Assembly: GCA_046595125.1 (NCBI GenBank)
Contig: JBKJPN010000204.1
Coordinates: 595 to 64,594, forward strand
DNA from: Ferruginibacter sp.
GTDB lineage: Bacteria > Bacteroidota > Bacteroidia > Chitinophagales > Chitinophagaceae
Direction of reading: 5' to 3'
Length of the DNA stretch: 64,000 nt
Below the pieces are notes generated by a model. It was not told the DNA's origin. It made no database searches and was given only the letters and a program-made list of their open reading frames with translations. A program made the translations under genes and the position numbers. Positions 8,758 to 19,274 of the stretch are shown piece by piece. Positions within the stretch are counted from its first letter, which is position 1. Each line of letters opens with the position of its first letter.

Positions 8758-9603
8758 ATGATAAATACCATTTGCGTTATTGGTGCCGGCACAATGGGCA
8801 GCGGAATTGCCCAAACAGCGGCACAACGCGGCTTTTATACATTGTTATTTGATATCAACACTGATGTTTTAGAAAAAGCAAAATTATCCATTAAAAAAAG
8901 CTTGGATTATCTGCTTAATAAAGGAAAGATATCCGCAGATGAAAAAGAAACCATTTACCAACGGATAAAATTTGTAACTGATACCAACGATTGTTTGGCT
9001 GATATTATTATTGAAGCCATTGTTGAAAAAACAGAAGCTAAGGTTTCTATATTTAATCAACTGGCGGAGCTAAATCACAGCGAAGTAATTTTTGCTTCCA
9101 ATACTTCTTCCTTATCTATTTCGGAAATACAGGCAAAAGTGCAGAATCCGAATCGGGTTGTGGGCATGCATTTCTTTAACCCAGCGCAGGTAATGAAACT
9201 GGTAGAAGTGGTAAAAGGAAACCAAACAGATGATGCAGTTGCTGAAACAGTATATAATCTTTGTCTGCAAATGAAAAAAACACCGGTGATGTGTAAAGAT
9301 GCACCGGGTTTTATTGTAAACCGAGTAGCCCGTCATTATTACCTTGAAGGAATGAAACTGGTTGAAACTGGCGTTGCTACGATAGAAAATGTTGACGAGA
9401 TACTCGAGGCTTCTGGTTTTAAAATGGGCCCGTTTAAATTAATGGACCTTATTGGTAACGATATTAACTTGGCTGTTTCTCAGTCTTTGTACGATGCCTG
9501 CAATCAGGCGGAGCGTTTTAAACCTTCTCCTTTGCAAATTGAAAAGGTTGCAAAAGGTGAACTCGGTAAAAAATCAAAAAAAGGATTTTATAATTATAAT
9601 TAA
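8758..9603 (+). CDS. 3-hydroxyacyl-CoA (3-hydroxybutyryl-CoA) dehydrogenase
   Basis: GAGTMGSG Rossmann motif, EAIVE, ASNTSSL, GMHFFNPA, GFIVNR. Confidence 0.92.
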   Translation: MINTICVIGAGTMGSGIAQTAAQRGFYTLLFDINTDVLEKAKLSIKKSLDYLLNKGKISADEKETIYQRIKFVTDTNDCLADIIIEAIVEKTEAKVSIFNQLAELNHSEVIFASNTSSLSISEIQAKVQNPNRVVGMHFFNPAQVMKLVEVVKGNQTDDAVAETVYNLCLQMKKTPVMCKDAPGFIVNRVARHYYLEGMKLVETGVATIENVDEILEASGFKMGPFKLMDLIGNDINLAVSQSLYDACNQAERFKPSPLQIEKVAKGELGKKSKKGFYNYN

Positions 9604-9605
9604 CG

Positions 9606-10583
9606 ATGATTTTAGTAACTGGAGGTTCTGGCTTGGTAGGAAAAGAATTGATTACACAGTTATTGAATGCTGGTAAAAAGGTAAGGGCAATATATAACAG
9701 CACGCCACTGAGTAATTTTGAGTCTGAAAATCTTCAGCAATTTCACTGTAATATTTTAGATGTAGTTGGTTTAGAAGAAGCCATGATTGGTATTGACCAA
9801 GTATTTCACTGTGCAGCCATTGTTACATTTGGCCCAAAAGGCCGTGACGAAATGTTTAAAATAAATATTGAAGGAACTGCTAACGTGGTTAATGCAGCTT
9901 TGGATGCCAATGTAAAAAAGATGGTTTATGTAAGTTCGGTTGCTGCTCTAGGCAGGATAAGAGAAAACGAACCCATTAACGAAACCATGAACTGGACCGA
10001 GGAAACCAGCAACAGTAAATACGGGCAATCTAAATTTTTGGCCGAGATGGAAGTGTGGCGTGGCATTGGCGAAGGGCTGAATGCCGTAATGGTTAATCCT
10101 GTTATCATATTAGGACCCGGCGACTGGAACAGCGGTTCATCACAAATTTTTAAATCTGTGTACGATGAATTTCCTTGGTACGCAACAGGCACAACAGGGT
10201 TTGTTGATGTACGTGATGTTGCAAAAGCCATGATTGAATTAATGAACAGCGATATAACGGCGCAAAGATTTATTTTAAGTGCAGACAACAGAAGCTACAG
10301 GGATATGTTCAATTTAATAGCAAGGGCTTTTGGTAAAAAACCGCCGCATAAAAAAGTTACTCCATGGCTTGCTAAAATTGTTTGGCGGTTCGAAGCAGTT
10401 AAAAGCATGTTCACTGGCAAAAGTCCGCTAATAACAAAAGAGACAGCTGCAACAGCATTGGCAAAAGTTAATTTCGATAACAGCAAGCTAAAAAAACACC
10501 TGCCAGGGTTTACGTATCGTTCAATTGAAGACACTATTGCAGAAACCTGTTCAGTATTACAACAAAAGCTTAACAGTCAATAA
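9606..10583 (+). CDS. NAD-dependent epimerase/dehydratase family protein
   Basis: VTGGSGLVG, HCAA, YGQSK catalytic YxxxK, VDVRDVA. Confidence 0.9.
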   Translation: MILVTGGSGLVGKELITQLLNAGKKVRAIYNSTPLSNFESENLQQFHCNILDVVGLEEAMIGIDQVFHCAAIVTFGPKGRDEMFKINIEGTANVVNAALDANVKKMVYVSSVAALGRIRENEPINETMNWTEETSNSKYGQSKFLAEMEVWRGIGEGLNAVMVNPVIILGPGDWNSGSSQIFKSVYDEFPWYATGTTGFVDVRDVAKAMIELMNSDITAQRFILSADNRSYRDMFNLIARAFGKKPPHKKVTPWLAKIVWRFEAVKSMFTGKSPLITKETAATALAKVNFDNSKLKKHLPGFTYRSIEDTIAETCSVLQQKLNSQ

Positions 10584-10642
10584 CTTAATTTCGGGCTTGT
10601 ACTAAATTCTTTATATTAAAGAAAGACATTTAATAATATCAG

Positions 10643-12229
10643 ATGAAAAAAATTATTCCTTTTTTACTTTTTTCTTTTACATCATTGCTTTCGTTTTCAC
10701 AGTCCGATTATACTATCAGCGGACGAATAGTTGACGAGGAAACAAGGCTTCCTTTGCAAGGCGCTTCGGTATTTGCCGAAAATACCACCATTGGTACGGC
10801 TACCAACAACGACGGCGTGTTTCATTTAAAATTGCCCAATGGTGGTTACAGTATTGTAATCACCTTTACCGGTTACAACACCGAAACAAAAAGAGTTACC
10901 ACGGCCGATGCCGGAAATAATGAACTAGTTATTGATTTGAAGAAAAAAGAAAAATCGATGGACGAGTTTGTTGTAAAAGCCTCCTACGAAGTGAAAGACG
11001 GACTGGAGAAATACGGTAATTTTTTTATGGAGAATTTTCTGGGCAAGACGGCTAATGGTCAACTTAGTTATATAAAAAATAAAGAGGCGCTCAAGTTTTT
11101 TTATTACAAAAGAACCAATCGTTTAAAAATTCTGGCCACTGCGCCACTCGAAATTGTAAACGAAGGCTTGGGCTATACTATTAAATATGAACTGGATTCT
11201 TTTGTGCATGAGTACAACACACAAGTAAGTGTGTACACCGGGTATCCATTGTTTCAGGAAATGGAGACCAGCAGCATTGACCAGTTGATAAAATGGAACT
11301 CAGCCCGTAAGATTGCTTACAATGGATCCATCCTGCATTTCATGCGTAGTATGTATCAGAAAAAATTAAAAGAAGAAGGCTACGAAATTCAGTATATCGT
11401 TAAACGAAACGATAAAGAAGTCCCATTAAAAGTTAAAGACGCTTATGCCACCATGAATTATAATCGTGATGACAGCACCAACACGGTTGAAATTTTACCG
11501 CAGTATAAAGATGTTGCCATTATTTATAAAGATGAGGAATCATCGCCTTTGTATGTTGCTGCTAATCCAGAAGCGTCTTCAAAGTTTCAACTTTCGGTGC
11601 TTAATTTTACACCAGGAGAGTCTTTAATAATAGAACAAAATGGATTTTATTTTGAACAAAATGATGTAATCATTAGCGGTTACTGGGCATGGGAAAAAGT
11701 AGGCGATATGCTCCCCTATGATTTTAAAGAGAAAGCAGCTTCGGCTGTTAAGCTACAGGCAGCTGCGCCTATAGTTACCCCAATTACTCCCAAAACAAAA
11801 GTTGTGCAGCCGGAAAATGCAGTTGTATCCAATGAAACAACCGTTGCGGAAATGGAGCATGCACCATCTAGTGGTAGCTTCTTAACCAGCGCAACCTGGA
11901 AAATGGATGAGAGCAGGGTGATTGAAGGAAACAGTATGAAATATTATAAAAGAGGTGGAGAAGAGAACTCGATAGACTTTGATAAGGACCTGTACAGATC
12001 CAATCCAGATAATACTGGTGTTTATTTATTTAATGGACAGGAATACAAATTCAACTGGAAATACCAGAATGCGGAAAAAACTAAAATGGAAATGGTAATA
12101 CAATATCCAACGCCGCTTATTGTAAGCCTCGAAAATATTATGGTTACTGCAAACTCATTTAAATATACCCGACTGCAAAAAGTTAATGGGGTAAATTATG
12201 TAGCTATTGAAACAAGAGTGAGGAATTAA
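10643..12229 (+). CDS. Secreted protein with carboxypeptidase-like regulatory domain and an extra C-terminal domain
   Basis: Signal peptide; ISGRIVDEETRLPLQGASV..GTATNNDGVF; low-complexity linker before a ~110-aa tail domain. Confidence 0.7.
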   Translation: MKKIIPFLLFSFTSLLSFSQSDYTISGRIVDEETRLPLQGASVFAENTTIGTATNNDGVFHLKLPNGGYSIVITFTGYNTETKRVTTADAGNNELVIDLKKKEKSMDEFVVKASYEVKDGLEKYGNFFMENFLGKTANGQLSYIKNKEALKFFYYKRTNRLKILATAPLEIVNEGLGYTIKYELDSFVHEYNTQVSVYTGYPLFQEMETSSIDQLIKWNSARKIAYNGSILHFMRSMYQKKLKEEGYEIQYIVKRNDKEVPLKVKDAYATMNYNRDDSTNTVEILPQYKDVAIIYKDEESSPLYVAANPEASSKFQLSVLNFTPGESLIIEQNGFYFEQNDVIISGYWAWEKVGDMLPYDFKEKAASAVKLQAAAPIVTPITPKTKVVQPENAVVSNETTVAEMEHAPSSGSFLTSATWKMDESRVIEGNSMKYYKRGGEENSIDFDKDLYRSNPDNTGVYLFNGQEYKFNWKYQNAEKTKMEMVIQYPTPLIVSLENIMVTANSFKYTRLQKVNGVNYVAIETRVRN

Positions 12230-12262
12230 TTTTACGAACATAAAATTACAATGGGCAAATAT

Positions 12263-13207
12263 TTATTTGCCCATTACTTTTTCCCATAACTGCGGAATCC
12301 TTTTTATCCACACCAGTTCTTTTTGTGCTGCACGTGCATCCTGCGCCGGAGCACCCCAATAAGTTTTATTGCCTTCTAGGTCGGTACCAACACCAGTTCT
12401 TCCTAACAACACTGCATTAGCACCAATGGTTAAGGTTTTGTTGATGATTACCTGGCCCCATAAAGTAACGCCGTCTTCAATGGTAACTACACCAGCAATA
12501 ACTACATTGGCAGCAAACAGACAGTTTTTACCAACAACGGTATCATGCCCTATATGAATCAGGTTGTCCATCTTAGTGCCCTGCCCAATTTTGGTATCAT
12601 GTGTAACGCCTCTGTCTATGGTGCAGCCCGATCCTATTTCCACATCATTTTCGATGACTACTCTTCCGCAACTGGGCATTCTTTTATACCAAACTTCTCT
12701 GTCTTTTTTGCCGTTGTAGTAGAAAGCATCGCTGCCAATTACAGTGCCCGATTGTATCACCACATTATCTCCCAAAATACAATAATCCATGATGCTGGCA
12801 TTGGGATGAATAATGCTGTTTTTACCAATGCGTACATGATTGCCAATAAATGCTCCTGGATAAATAAAACTTCCCTCGCCAATCACAGCTGAGTCGCTAA
12901 TCATTTTATTTGTTTTTTCAAACGGGCGGTAATGGTTTACAATTTTGCAATAAGCTTCAAACGGATTATCAACAATCAGCAATGCTTTTCCCTCGGGTAC
13001 TATTGTTTCTTTATTGATGATGATAAAACTGGCGGCGCTGTTTAAACACTTGTCGTAATATTTTGGATGATCAACAAATACCAGATCACCATTTTCAACT
13101 TTGTGAATTTCGTTAATGCCAGTAGCTGCATCTGTAGTGTTGCCAATTAATTTTGCGCCGATAAATTCGGCCACCCATGTTAACGAAACCGGAGAAGGAA
13201 ATTGCAT
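12263..13207 (-). CDS. lpxD: UDP-3-O-acyl-glucosamine N-acyltransferase (LpxD-like, stand-alone paralog)
   Basis: LpxD N-domain, hexapeptide repeats, CTIDRG, KMDNLIHIGH. Confidence 0.78.
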   Translation of the reverse strand: MQFPSPVSLTWVAEFIGAKLIGNTTDAATGINEIHKVENGDLVFVDHPKYYDKCLNSAASFIIINKETIVPEGKALLIVDNPFEAYCKIVNHYRPFEKTNKMISDSAVIGEGSFIYPGAFIGNHVRIGKNSIIHPNASIMDYCILGDNVVIQSGTVIGSDAFYYNGKKDREVWYKRMPSCGRVVIENDVEIGSGCTIDRGVTHDTKIGQGTKMDNLIHIGHDTVVGKNCLFAANVVIAGVVTIEDGVTLWGQVIINKTLTIGANAVLLGRTGVGTDLEGNKTYWGAPAQDARAAQKELVWIKRIPQLWEKVMGK

Positions 13208-13624
13208 AATTAAAATTTTCAGCAAAGGTACATTGCTTTGCTTTTATCAGACAATTACACTAAAATGCAAAAAACAGGGCCTAATTTTGAAAAAAGTCTA
13301 AAATATTTTCATTTTATATTTTCGGTAAAAACAACCTAAAAAGAAACCATTGATGCAAGCTTTTGCATTTAATGCAGCATGATGCTTTTAATGAAAAAGA
13401 TGCGGTAGCAAAAAACAGAACGGCTGCAAGGGCTGTAAACAGGAGGTTTCAGACTAGGACTATTTTTTTATTTAAAAAAAAGATGACTCGCAAATTTTAT
13501 TTAAGCGCTATGCTTCTCGTAAAACAGCAAGATAAAATGCCTGCCTTATCCACAACCACATTCTAAATGTGAATAAAATAATTGCCCAATATTTTTTGGT
13601 TAGCGAAAATTCTTTTTAATATTG

Positions 13625-13702
13625 TGAAGGGAATTTGGTTCCCGGTACTTACTAACCCATCTATATACAAAGCTCGGCTCGCAAAGCCGGGCTTTATTTT
13701 TT
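13625..13702 (+). ncRNA. Putative small RNA or terminating leader
   Basis: Promoter-like TAATATTG just upstream, 5' hairpin GGGAA/TTCCC, single-stranded CTTACTAACCC segment, terminator AAAGCTCGGC/GCCGGGCTTT with T-tail. Confidence 0.5.
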
Positions 13703-13751
13703 GAGAGACGTTTGCTGCAAACAAAAAATTTCAACCATTAAAAGCCGCAGA

Positions 13752-14207
13752 ATGTTACAAGATAAATTTGTGATAAGTACCGATAAAAGTAAATTGAATG
13801 TGGCCTACATTCATAATTATTTGAGCAACAAAAGTTACTGGGCAAAAAATATCTCGCTGGCGATTGTTCAAAAAAGTATTGACGGGTCATTTTGTTTCGG
13901 TTTGTATAAAACTGAAAAAAATATTGTGTCTGAGCAGATTGGTTTTGCTAGAGTAGTTACCGATCATGCAACTTTTGCATACCTGGCCGATGTGTTTGTT
14001 GATGAAAAATACAGAGGCATTGGTTTGGCAAAATTTATGATGGAAGTAATTATGCAGCATCCCGATTTACAGGGCCTACGGCGATGGATGCTGGCAACCA
14101 AAGATGCCCACGATTTGTATACTCGGTTTGGGTTTTTGCCACTCGATAAACCCGAGCGCATAATGGGCTTTAAACCTTTTGAGGAATACCCAAAATTCAA
14201 CTCGTAA
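13752..14207 (+). CDS. GNAT family N-acetyltransferase
   Basis: GFARVVTD, YLADVFV, YRGIGLAK, DAHDLYTRFGF. Confidence 0.9.
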   Translation: MLQDKFVISTDKSKLNVAYIHNYLSNKSYWAKNISLAIVQKSIDGSFCFGLYKTEKNIVSEQIGFARVVTDHATFAYLADVFVDEKYRGIGLAKFMMEVIMQHPDLQGLRRWMLATKDAHDLYTRFGFLPLDKPERIMGFKPFEEYPKFNS

Positions 14208-14242
14208 TTATATCCTTAACTTGCAGCCCTAAATTATACAAT

Positions 14243-15118
14243 ATGCTGAAATCGATGACAGGCTTTGGAAGAGCAGAATCAACAGAAAATGATAAGACTT
14301 TTTTGATAGAAGTGAAAGCGCTGAACGGGAAACAATTTGAACTGCAATTGCGATTGCCGCCATTATTAAGGCCTTACGAATTTGAAATACGTAATACATT
14401 ACAGGAGCATTTGGTAAGAGGTACTGTTGATTGTATGATTGTCATCAAACAAAACGGGACATCCAAACCGGTAAATATCAATACCGATCTTATAAAAGCA
14501 TATTACACACAAATAGAAACGCTGGCCGGCGAGCTAAACATCGATACCAACTCGGTTTTAAGCGCATTGCTGCGCCTGCCAGAAGTGGTAACACCAACTA
14601 ATGATGTTTTAGGCGAATCGGATTTTGCTGGGTTCAATAAAACTTTGCTGGAAGCATTAAATAATTTGAACCAGCACAGAGCCGAGGAAGGCGCCGTGCT
14701 GGAAGCTGACTTACTAAAACGCATTAGCAATATTAAGGAGCAGGAAGAAGCTATTTTAAAACTAGAACCCAACCGTAAAACAAGAATTAAGGATGAGATA
14801 AACAGTTTACTTGAAAAACATGTGGGCAAAGAGAATATTGATAACAACCGCATGGAGCAGGAACTAATTTATTACATGGAGAAAATTGATATTCATGAAG
14901 AGCAAATAAGATTGCGTCAGCATTGTGAGTATTTTAAATCGATTATTGATGAGCCAGAAGAAGGCAAGGGTAAAAAATTATCTTTTATTTTACAGGAGAT
15001 AGGGCGGGAGATAAATACCACAGGCAGCAAAGCCTACGATGCAGATATTCAGAAATGTGTGGTAAAAATGAAGAATGAATTGGAAAAAGCAAAAGAACAG
15101 GTACTTAATATTTTATAA
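14243..15118 (+). CDS. yicC: YicC/YloC family endoribonuclease
   Basis: MLKSMTGFGR start, GKKLSFILQEIGREINTTGSK, EQVLNIL end. Confidence 0.92.
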   Translation: MLKSMTGFGRAESTENDKTFLIEVKALNGKQFELQLRLPPLLRPYEFEIRNTLQEHLVRGTVDCMIVIKQNGTSKPVNINTDLIKAYYTQIETLAGELNIDTNSVLSALLRLPEVVTPTNDVLGESDFAGFNKTLLEALNNLNQHRAEEGAVLEADLLKRISNIKEQEEAILKLEPNRKTRIKDEINSLLEKHVGKENIDNNRMEQELIYYMEKIDIHEEQIRLRQHCEYFKSIIDEPEEGKGKKLSFILQEIGREINTTGSKAYDADIQKCVVKMKNELEKAKEQVLNIL

Positions 15119-15134
15119 AACAAGATTTTTTAGA

Positions 15135-15623
15135 ATGATTGGAGCAGGCAGAAATAGATTTATTTTTACACTGATAACAGTTGGTTTACTGTTCCTTGCA
15201 TCCTGCAAACAAATAGATGTTTTCGAAAAGAACACGGTCATTCCAGATTATCAATGGAAGTCGGATTTTAAAGTTTCGGGTTCGTTTACCATCAGCGATA
15301 CCATTTCAGCCTATAGTATTTACTTGGTACTGCGCCATACCGATGCCTATCAATACAATAATATCTGGCTTAATATTGGTTTACAACCACCGGGCGACAG
15401 TTTACAAAAACAAAAAATAGATATTAAACTTGGTGATGATGCCAATGGCTGGGAAGGGACCGGTATGAATGATATATGGGAAGTGCGGAAACTGCTTAAT
15501 GGCGAACCGCGCCGGTTTAAAAAACCGGGCTATTATTATTTTGAGATTACCCAAATTATGAGGGATAACCCATTGCCGGAAATGATGAGTGCGGGTTTAC
15601 GAATTGAAAAGAAAGAACCCTAA
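15135..15623 (+). CDS. gldH: Gliding motility lipoprotein GldH
   Basis: Lipobox LASC; LRHTDAYQYNNIWL; GWEGTG; ITQIMR. Confidence 0.82.
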   Translation: MIGAGRNRFIFTLITVGLLFLASCKQIDVFEKNTVIPDYQWKSDFKVSGSFTISDTISAYSIYLVLRHTDAYQYNNIWLNIGLQPPGDSLQKQKIDIKLGDDANGWEGTGMNDIWEVRKLLNGEPRRFKKPGYYYFEITQIMRDNPLPEMMSAGLRIEKKEP

Positions 15624-15696
15624 AGTTTAACAAACCCTTTAAGTCAAATCTGTGTTTGGACCGTTTATTTAAAAACAATTCTTTATTTTGCATATT

Positions 15697-16533
15697 ATGA
15701 AAATGAAATTTCTTGCTTTCTTGCTGATAAGCTTTACAGCTGTTAATGCACAGTCGCAAAATAACGAATATGTACAAAAAGGTGAATTTGGTATTACTGT
15801 AGGTGTGGCCCATTATTTTGGCGATCTTAATACACGGGTGGCACTTAACAGGCCCAAACCGGCGTTGGGCGCATTTTTCCGCAAGCAGTTTGGCAATTAT
15901 GTGGGTGTAAGATTAAGCGCTCATTATGCCCAATTGGGATATAGTGATACCTACAGCAAGAATGAATATCAGAATATCAGAAACCTTAGCTTTAATACCA
16001 ACATTTGGGAAGTGGCAATACAGGGAGATTTTAATTTTTTTAAGTTCATTCCTACAGATCCTAATTACAGCTTTACACCCTATGTTACTTTGGGTGTTGG
16101 CGTTTTTACCTACGATCCCTATGCTTATACCAATGGCGAAAAAGAATTTTTACGTCCCTTGGGTACCGAAGGCCAATTGATAGGCTATAATGGCCGAAAG
16201 CCTTATAATACTCTGGCCATGTGTATTCCACTTGGAGTAGGTGTTAAATACAATATCAGCGAAAAAATAAATTTCTCTTTCGAAATAACTCATCGTTTTA
16301 CAACCACCGATTATTTGGACGATGTAAGTACAACTTTTGTAGGCGCTGATAAGTTTACACCTTTGTCTACAGCCGCATTGCTGCAGGACAGGTCGGTTGA
16401 ACTTACTCCCTTAACTCCATTAGGAGTAGAAGGAAGGCAACGTGGTTGGAGTAAGCAAAAGGATCAGTACATTATTGCGGAGATAGGAATAACCTATAAC
16501 CTGAGTAGTTACCGGTGTCCCTCTGCCAATTAA
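15697..16533 (+). CDS. DUF6089 family outer-membrane beta-barrel protein
   Basis: Signal peptide, YFGDLN, RNLSF, TDYLDDVS motifs. Confidence 0.72.
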   Translation: MKMKFLAFLLISFTAVNAQSQNNEYVQKGEFGITVGVAHYFGDLNTRVALNRPKPALGAFFRKQFGNYVGVRLSAHYAQLGYSDTYSKNEYQNIRNLSFNTNIWEVAIQGDFNFFKFIPTDPNYSFTPYVTLGVGVFTYDPYAYTNGEKEFLRPLGTEGQLIGYNGRKPYNTLAMCIPLGVGVKYNISEKINFSFEITHRFTTTDYLDDVSTTFVGADKFTPLSTAALLQDRSVELTPLTPLGVEGRQRGWSKQKDQYIIAEIGITYNLSSYRCPSAN

Positions 16534-16721
16534 AATTGACTTGTCAGTTTTATCGCCAAAAAACAAACTTCCATCTCAAATCACATTTTTTAATACGTTG
16601 AGTATTAATTTCATTTTAGTATACTTTTTGATAAAGGTTAATTCGGTATAATTGTAAAATGAATATACTTGCATATGGTATAACAGTATGTTTAAGTCAA
16701 TATTAATTTACAACTAACCCC

Positions 16722-18185
16722 ATGTTTTTTAATTCAATTGATTTTGCAATATTTCTTCCAATTGTATTTTTGCTATATTGGTTTGTTGCAAAAAAAAGCC
16801 TGACGTTCCAGAATATATTGCTGCTGATTGCCAGTTATTTTTTTTATGCCTGTTGGGATTACCGCTTTCTTTTTTTATTAATATTCTCCACCATTCTGGA
16901 TTATACAACCGGAATAAAAATGGATGAATCTACCAGTCAACGCAAAAGAAAATTTTGGTTCTGGTTAAGTGTGATAATAAACCTTGGGTTTTTAGGCGTA
17001 TTTAAATACTATGATTTTTTTGCAGCTTCTTTTGCAGAGGCCCTTTCGCATGTAGGTATCAAAACTAATTTCTGGGTTTTAAATGTGATACTACCGGTGG
17101 GTATTTCTTTTTATACTTTTCACGGCTTATCTTATGTAATTGATATTTATCAGAAAAAAATAAAGGCCGAAAGAAACTTTATCAGTTATTCAGTTTTTGT
17201 AAGTTTTTTCCCATTGTTGGTAGCAGGCCCAATTGAAAGAGCAACGCATTTGCTTCCACAGATAAAGAAAAAAAGATTTTTCGACTACAGCAATGCAGTA
17301 GATGGTTTACGCCAGATATTATGGGGGCTTTTTAAAAAAATTGTAATTGCTGATAACTGTGCAGAGTATGCCAATGCGATTTTTAATGATTCTGCTGATT
17401 ATTCAGGAAGTACACTTGTTTTAGGAGCCTTGTTTTTTGCCTTTCAAATCTATTGCGACTTTTCTGGTTATTCCGATATTGCACTGGGCACTGCCCGACT
17501 TTTTGGAATTGACCTGTTGCGGAACTTTGCCTTTCCGTATTTTTCAAGAGATATCGCCGAATTCTGGAGGCGATGGCATATTTCACTATCATCGTGGTTT
17601 AAGGACTACCTGTATATACCCTTAGGCGGCAGCAGGGGTGGTACATGGATGAAAGTACGGAACACTTTTATTATATTTTTGGTAAGCGGATTTTGGCACG
17701 GTGCCAACTGGACTTTTATTATCTGGGGTGCATTAAATGCTTTATATTTTTTACCCTCCTTACTTTTAAATACAAACCGCGTTAATTTAGGAACAGTAGC
17801 CGAAGGAAAATACCTGCCCTCCTTAAAAGAACTGTTCAATATGTTACTCACGTTTGGGTTAACATTATTTGCCTGGATATTTTTTAGGGCCGAAAGTGTA
17901 CAGCACGCACTTGCCTATATCTCTACAATTTTTTCTTCATCATTATTTAATTTGCCGGAAAAAGCAGCATTTGCTGCATCGCAAAATAATTTTTTCATTC
18001 TGATATTTTTAATTTTTTTGTTCATAAGCATTGAATGGATTGGTAGACAACAGCAATATGCAATTGCCGTTATCGGGTTAAAGTGGCCCAGGATAATAAG
18101 GTGGAGTTTTTATTCGTTCCTGATTTTTTTGATGGCCATGTATATGTCAACTTCGGGCTCAGCTTTTATTTATTTTCAGTTTTAA
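16722..18185 (+). CDS. MBOAT family O-acyltransferase (AlgI/DltB-like)
   Basis: LPVGISFYTF, FFPLLVAGPIER, DFSGYSDIA, FWRRWHISLS, GFWHGA catalytic His. Confidence 0.93.
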   Translation: MFFNSIDFAIFLPIVFLLYWFVAKKSLTFQNILLLIASYFFYACWDYRFLFLLIFSTILDYTTGIKMDESTSQRKRKFWFWLSVIINLGFLGVFKYYDFFAASFAEALSHVGIKTNFWVLNVILPVGISFYTFHGLSYVIDIYQKKIKAERNFISYSVFVSFFPLLVAGPIERATHLLPQIKKKRFFDYSNAVDGLRQILWGLFKKIVIADNCAEYANAIFNDSADYSGSTLVLGALFFAFQIYCDFSGYSDIALGTARLFGIDLLRNFAFPYFSRDIAEFWRRWHISLSSWFKDYLYIPLGGSRGGTWMKVRNTFIIFLVSGFWHGANWTFIIWGALNALYFLPSLLLNTNRVNLGTVAEGKYLPSLKELFNMLLTFGLTLFAWIFFRAESVQHALAYISTIFSSSLFNLPEKAAFAASQNNFFILIFLIFLFISIEWIGRQQQYAIAVIGLKWPRIIRWSFYSFLIFLMAMYMSTSGSAFIYFQF

Positions 18186-18194
18186 ATTCAGCAA

Positions 18195-19130
18195 ATGATA
18201 AAGAAGTTTATAAAACGATATTTTTTATTCATGCTGTTTACCGCAGGTGTTTACTTGGCATTACTTATTATTTGGGGAGAGCTGATGCCGCCAGCGGTTA
18301 CAAAAAATGTAAATTATTCGATTGGTGCATATGGGCATATGTATACCAGAACAAGAGAAGTGGAAAAGTATACAGATATAGACCTGCTTTTTATTGGGTC
18401 ATCGCATGCATACAGGGGCTTTGATACAAGGATTGCCGCAAAATTTGGTTTTAAAAGTTTTAACCTAGGGTCCAGTGCGCAAACACCTATACAAACAAAA
18501 CTTTTATTAGAGAAATATCTTGACAGCCTGAAGCCTAAAACTGTGATTTATGAAGTGTATCCTTATACTTTTATAAATGATGGTGTAGAATCATCATTGG
18601 ATATGATTGCAAATGGAGAGATTGATTGTAATGTTTTAAATATGGCCTTTTCGATAAACAATATCAAAACATATAACAGTTTAGTTTATGGGTATTACAG
18701 AAACCTATTTAATAGGAATAAAAACTTCCACGAAAATAAAATAATTAAAGAAGACAGCTATGTATCTGGCGGTTTTGTAGAGCGAAAGATGGAATATTAC
18801 AGTAGTAATGCCGAAAAACAGGGAGAGAAAACGGAATGGATTCCGAAAGAATACCAGGTTGATGCTTTTGAGAAAATAGTTAAGCTGATTGCTGAAAGAA
18901 ATATTAAGCTGATTTTGGTTCAATCTCCCGTAACCAGAGCCGCCTATGAAAAATATACAGACAATGAAAAGATTGACCAGTATTTTTCCACTAAAGCGAG
19001 GTATATTAATTTTAATAAGCGCTTAAATTTATCTGATAGTACCGACTTTTATAATAGTGATCATTTAAACCAAAATGGTGTAAGGGTATATAATGAAAAC
19101 CTGTTTTCTATATTACTAAAAGATAAATAG
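18195..19130 (+). CDS. SGNH-like membrane-anchored partner of MBOAT (AlgJ/DltD-like)
   Basis: N-terminal TM, FIGSSHA Ser motif, C-terminal DHLN; 9 bp after the MBOAT gene. Confidence 0.7.
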   Translation: MIKKFIKRYFLFMLFTAGVYLALLIIWGELMPPAVTKNVNYSIGAYGHMYTRTREVEKYTDIDLLFIGSSHAYRGFDTRIAAKFGFKSFNLGSSAQTPIQTKLLLEKYLDSLKPKTVIYEVYPYTFINDGVESSLDMIANGEIDCNVLNMAFSINNIKTYNSLVYGYYRNLFNRNKNFHENKIIKEDSYVSGGFVERKMEYYSSNAEKQGEKTEWIPKEYQVDAFEKIVKLIAERNIKLILVQSPVTRAAYEKYTDNEKIDQYFSTKARYINFNKRLNLSDSTDFYNSDHLNQNGVRVYNENLFSILLKDK

Positions 19131-19274
19131 GAGGAAATACTTTCTAGTTCAAATAAATTAATATAGTTTTACGGCTCCCCAGAAATTAACTGTTACCAAC
19201 CAAAGAATAACAAAGTATAAATCCTTATCATTCTGTGATGAGACCATAGTCTTTCAGCTTAAAAACTCTGAACT

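Noticed and set aside
13363-13566. 67-aa ORF in the lpxD/GNAT intergenic region
   Set aside because: TTG start, no motif, signal peptide or recognisable family.
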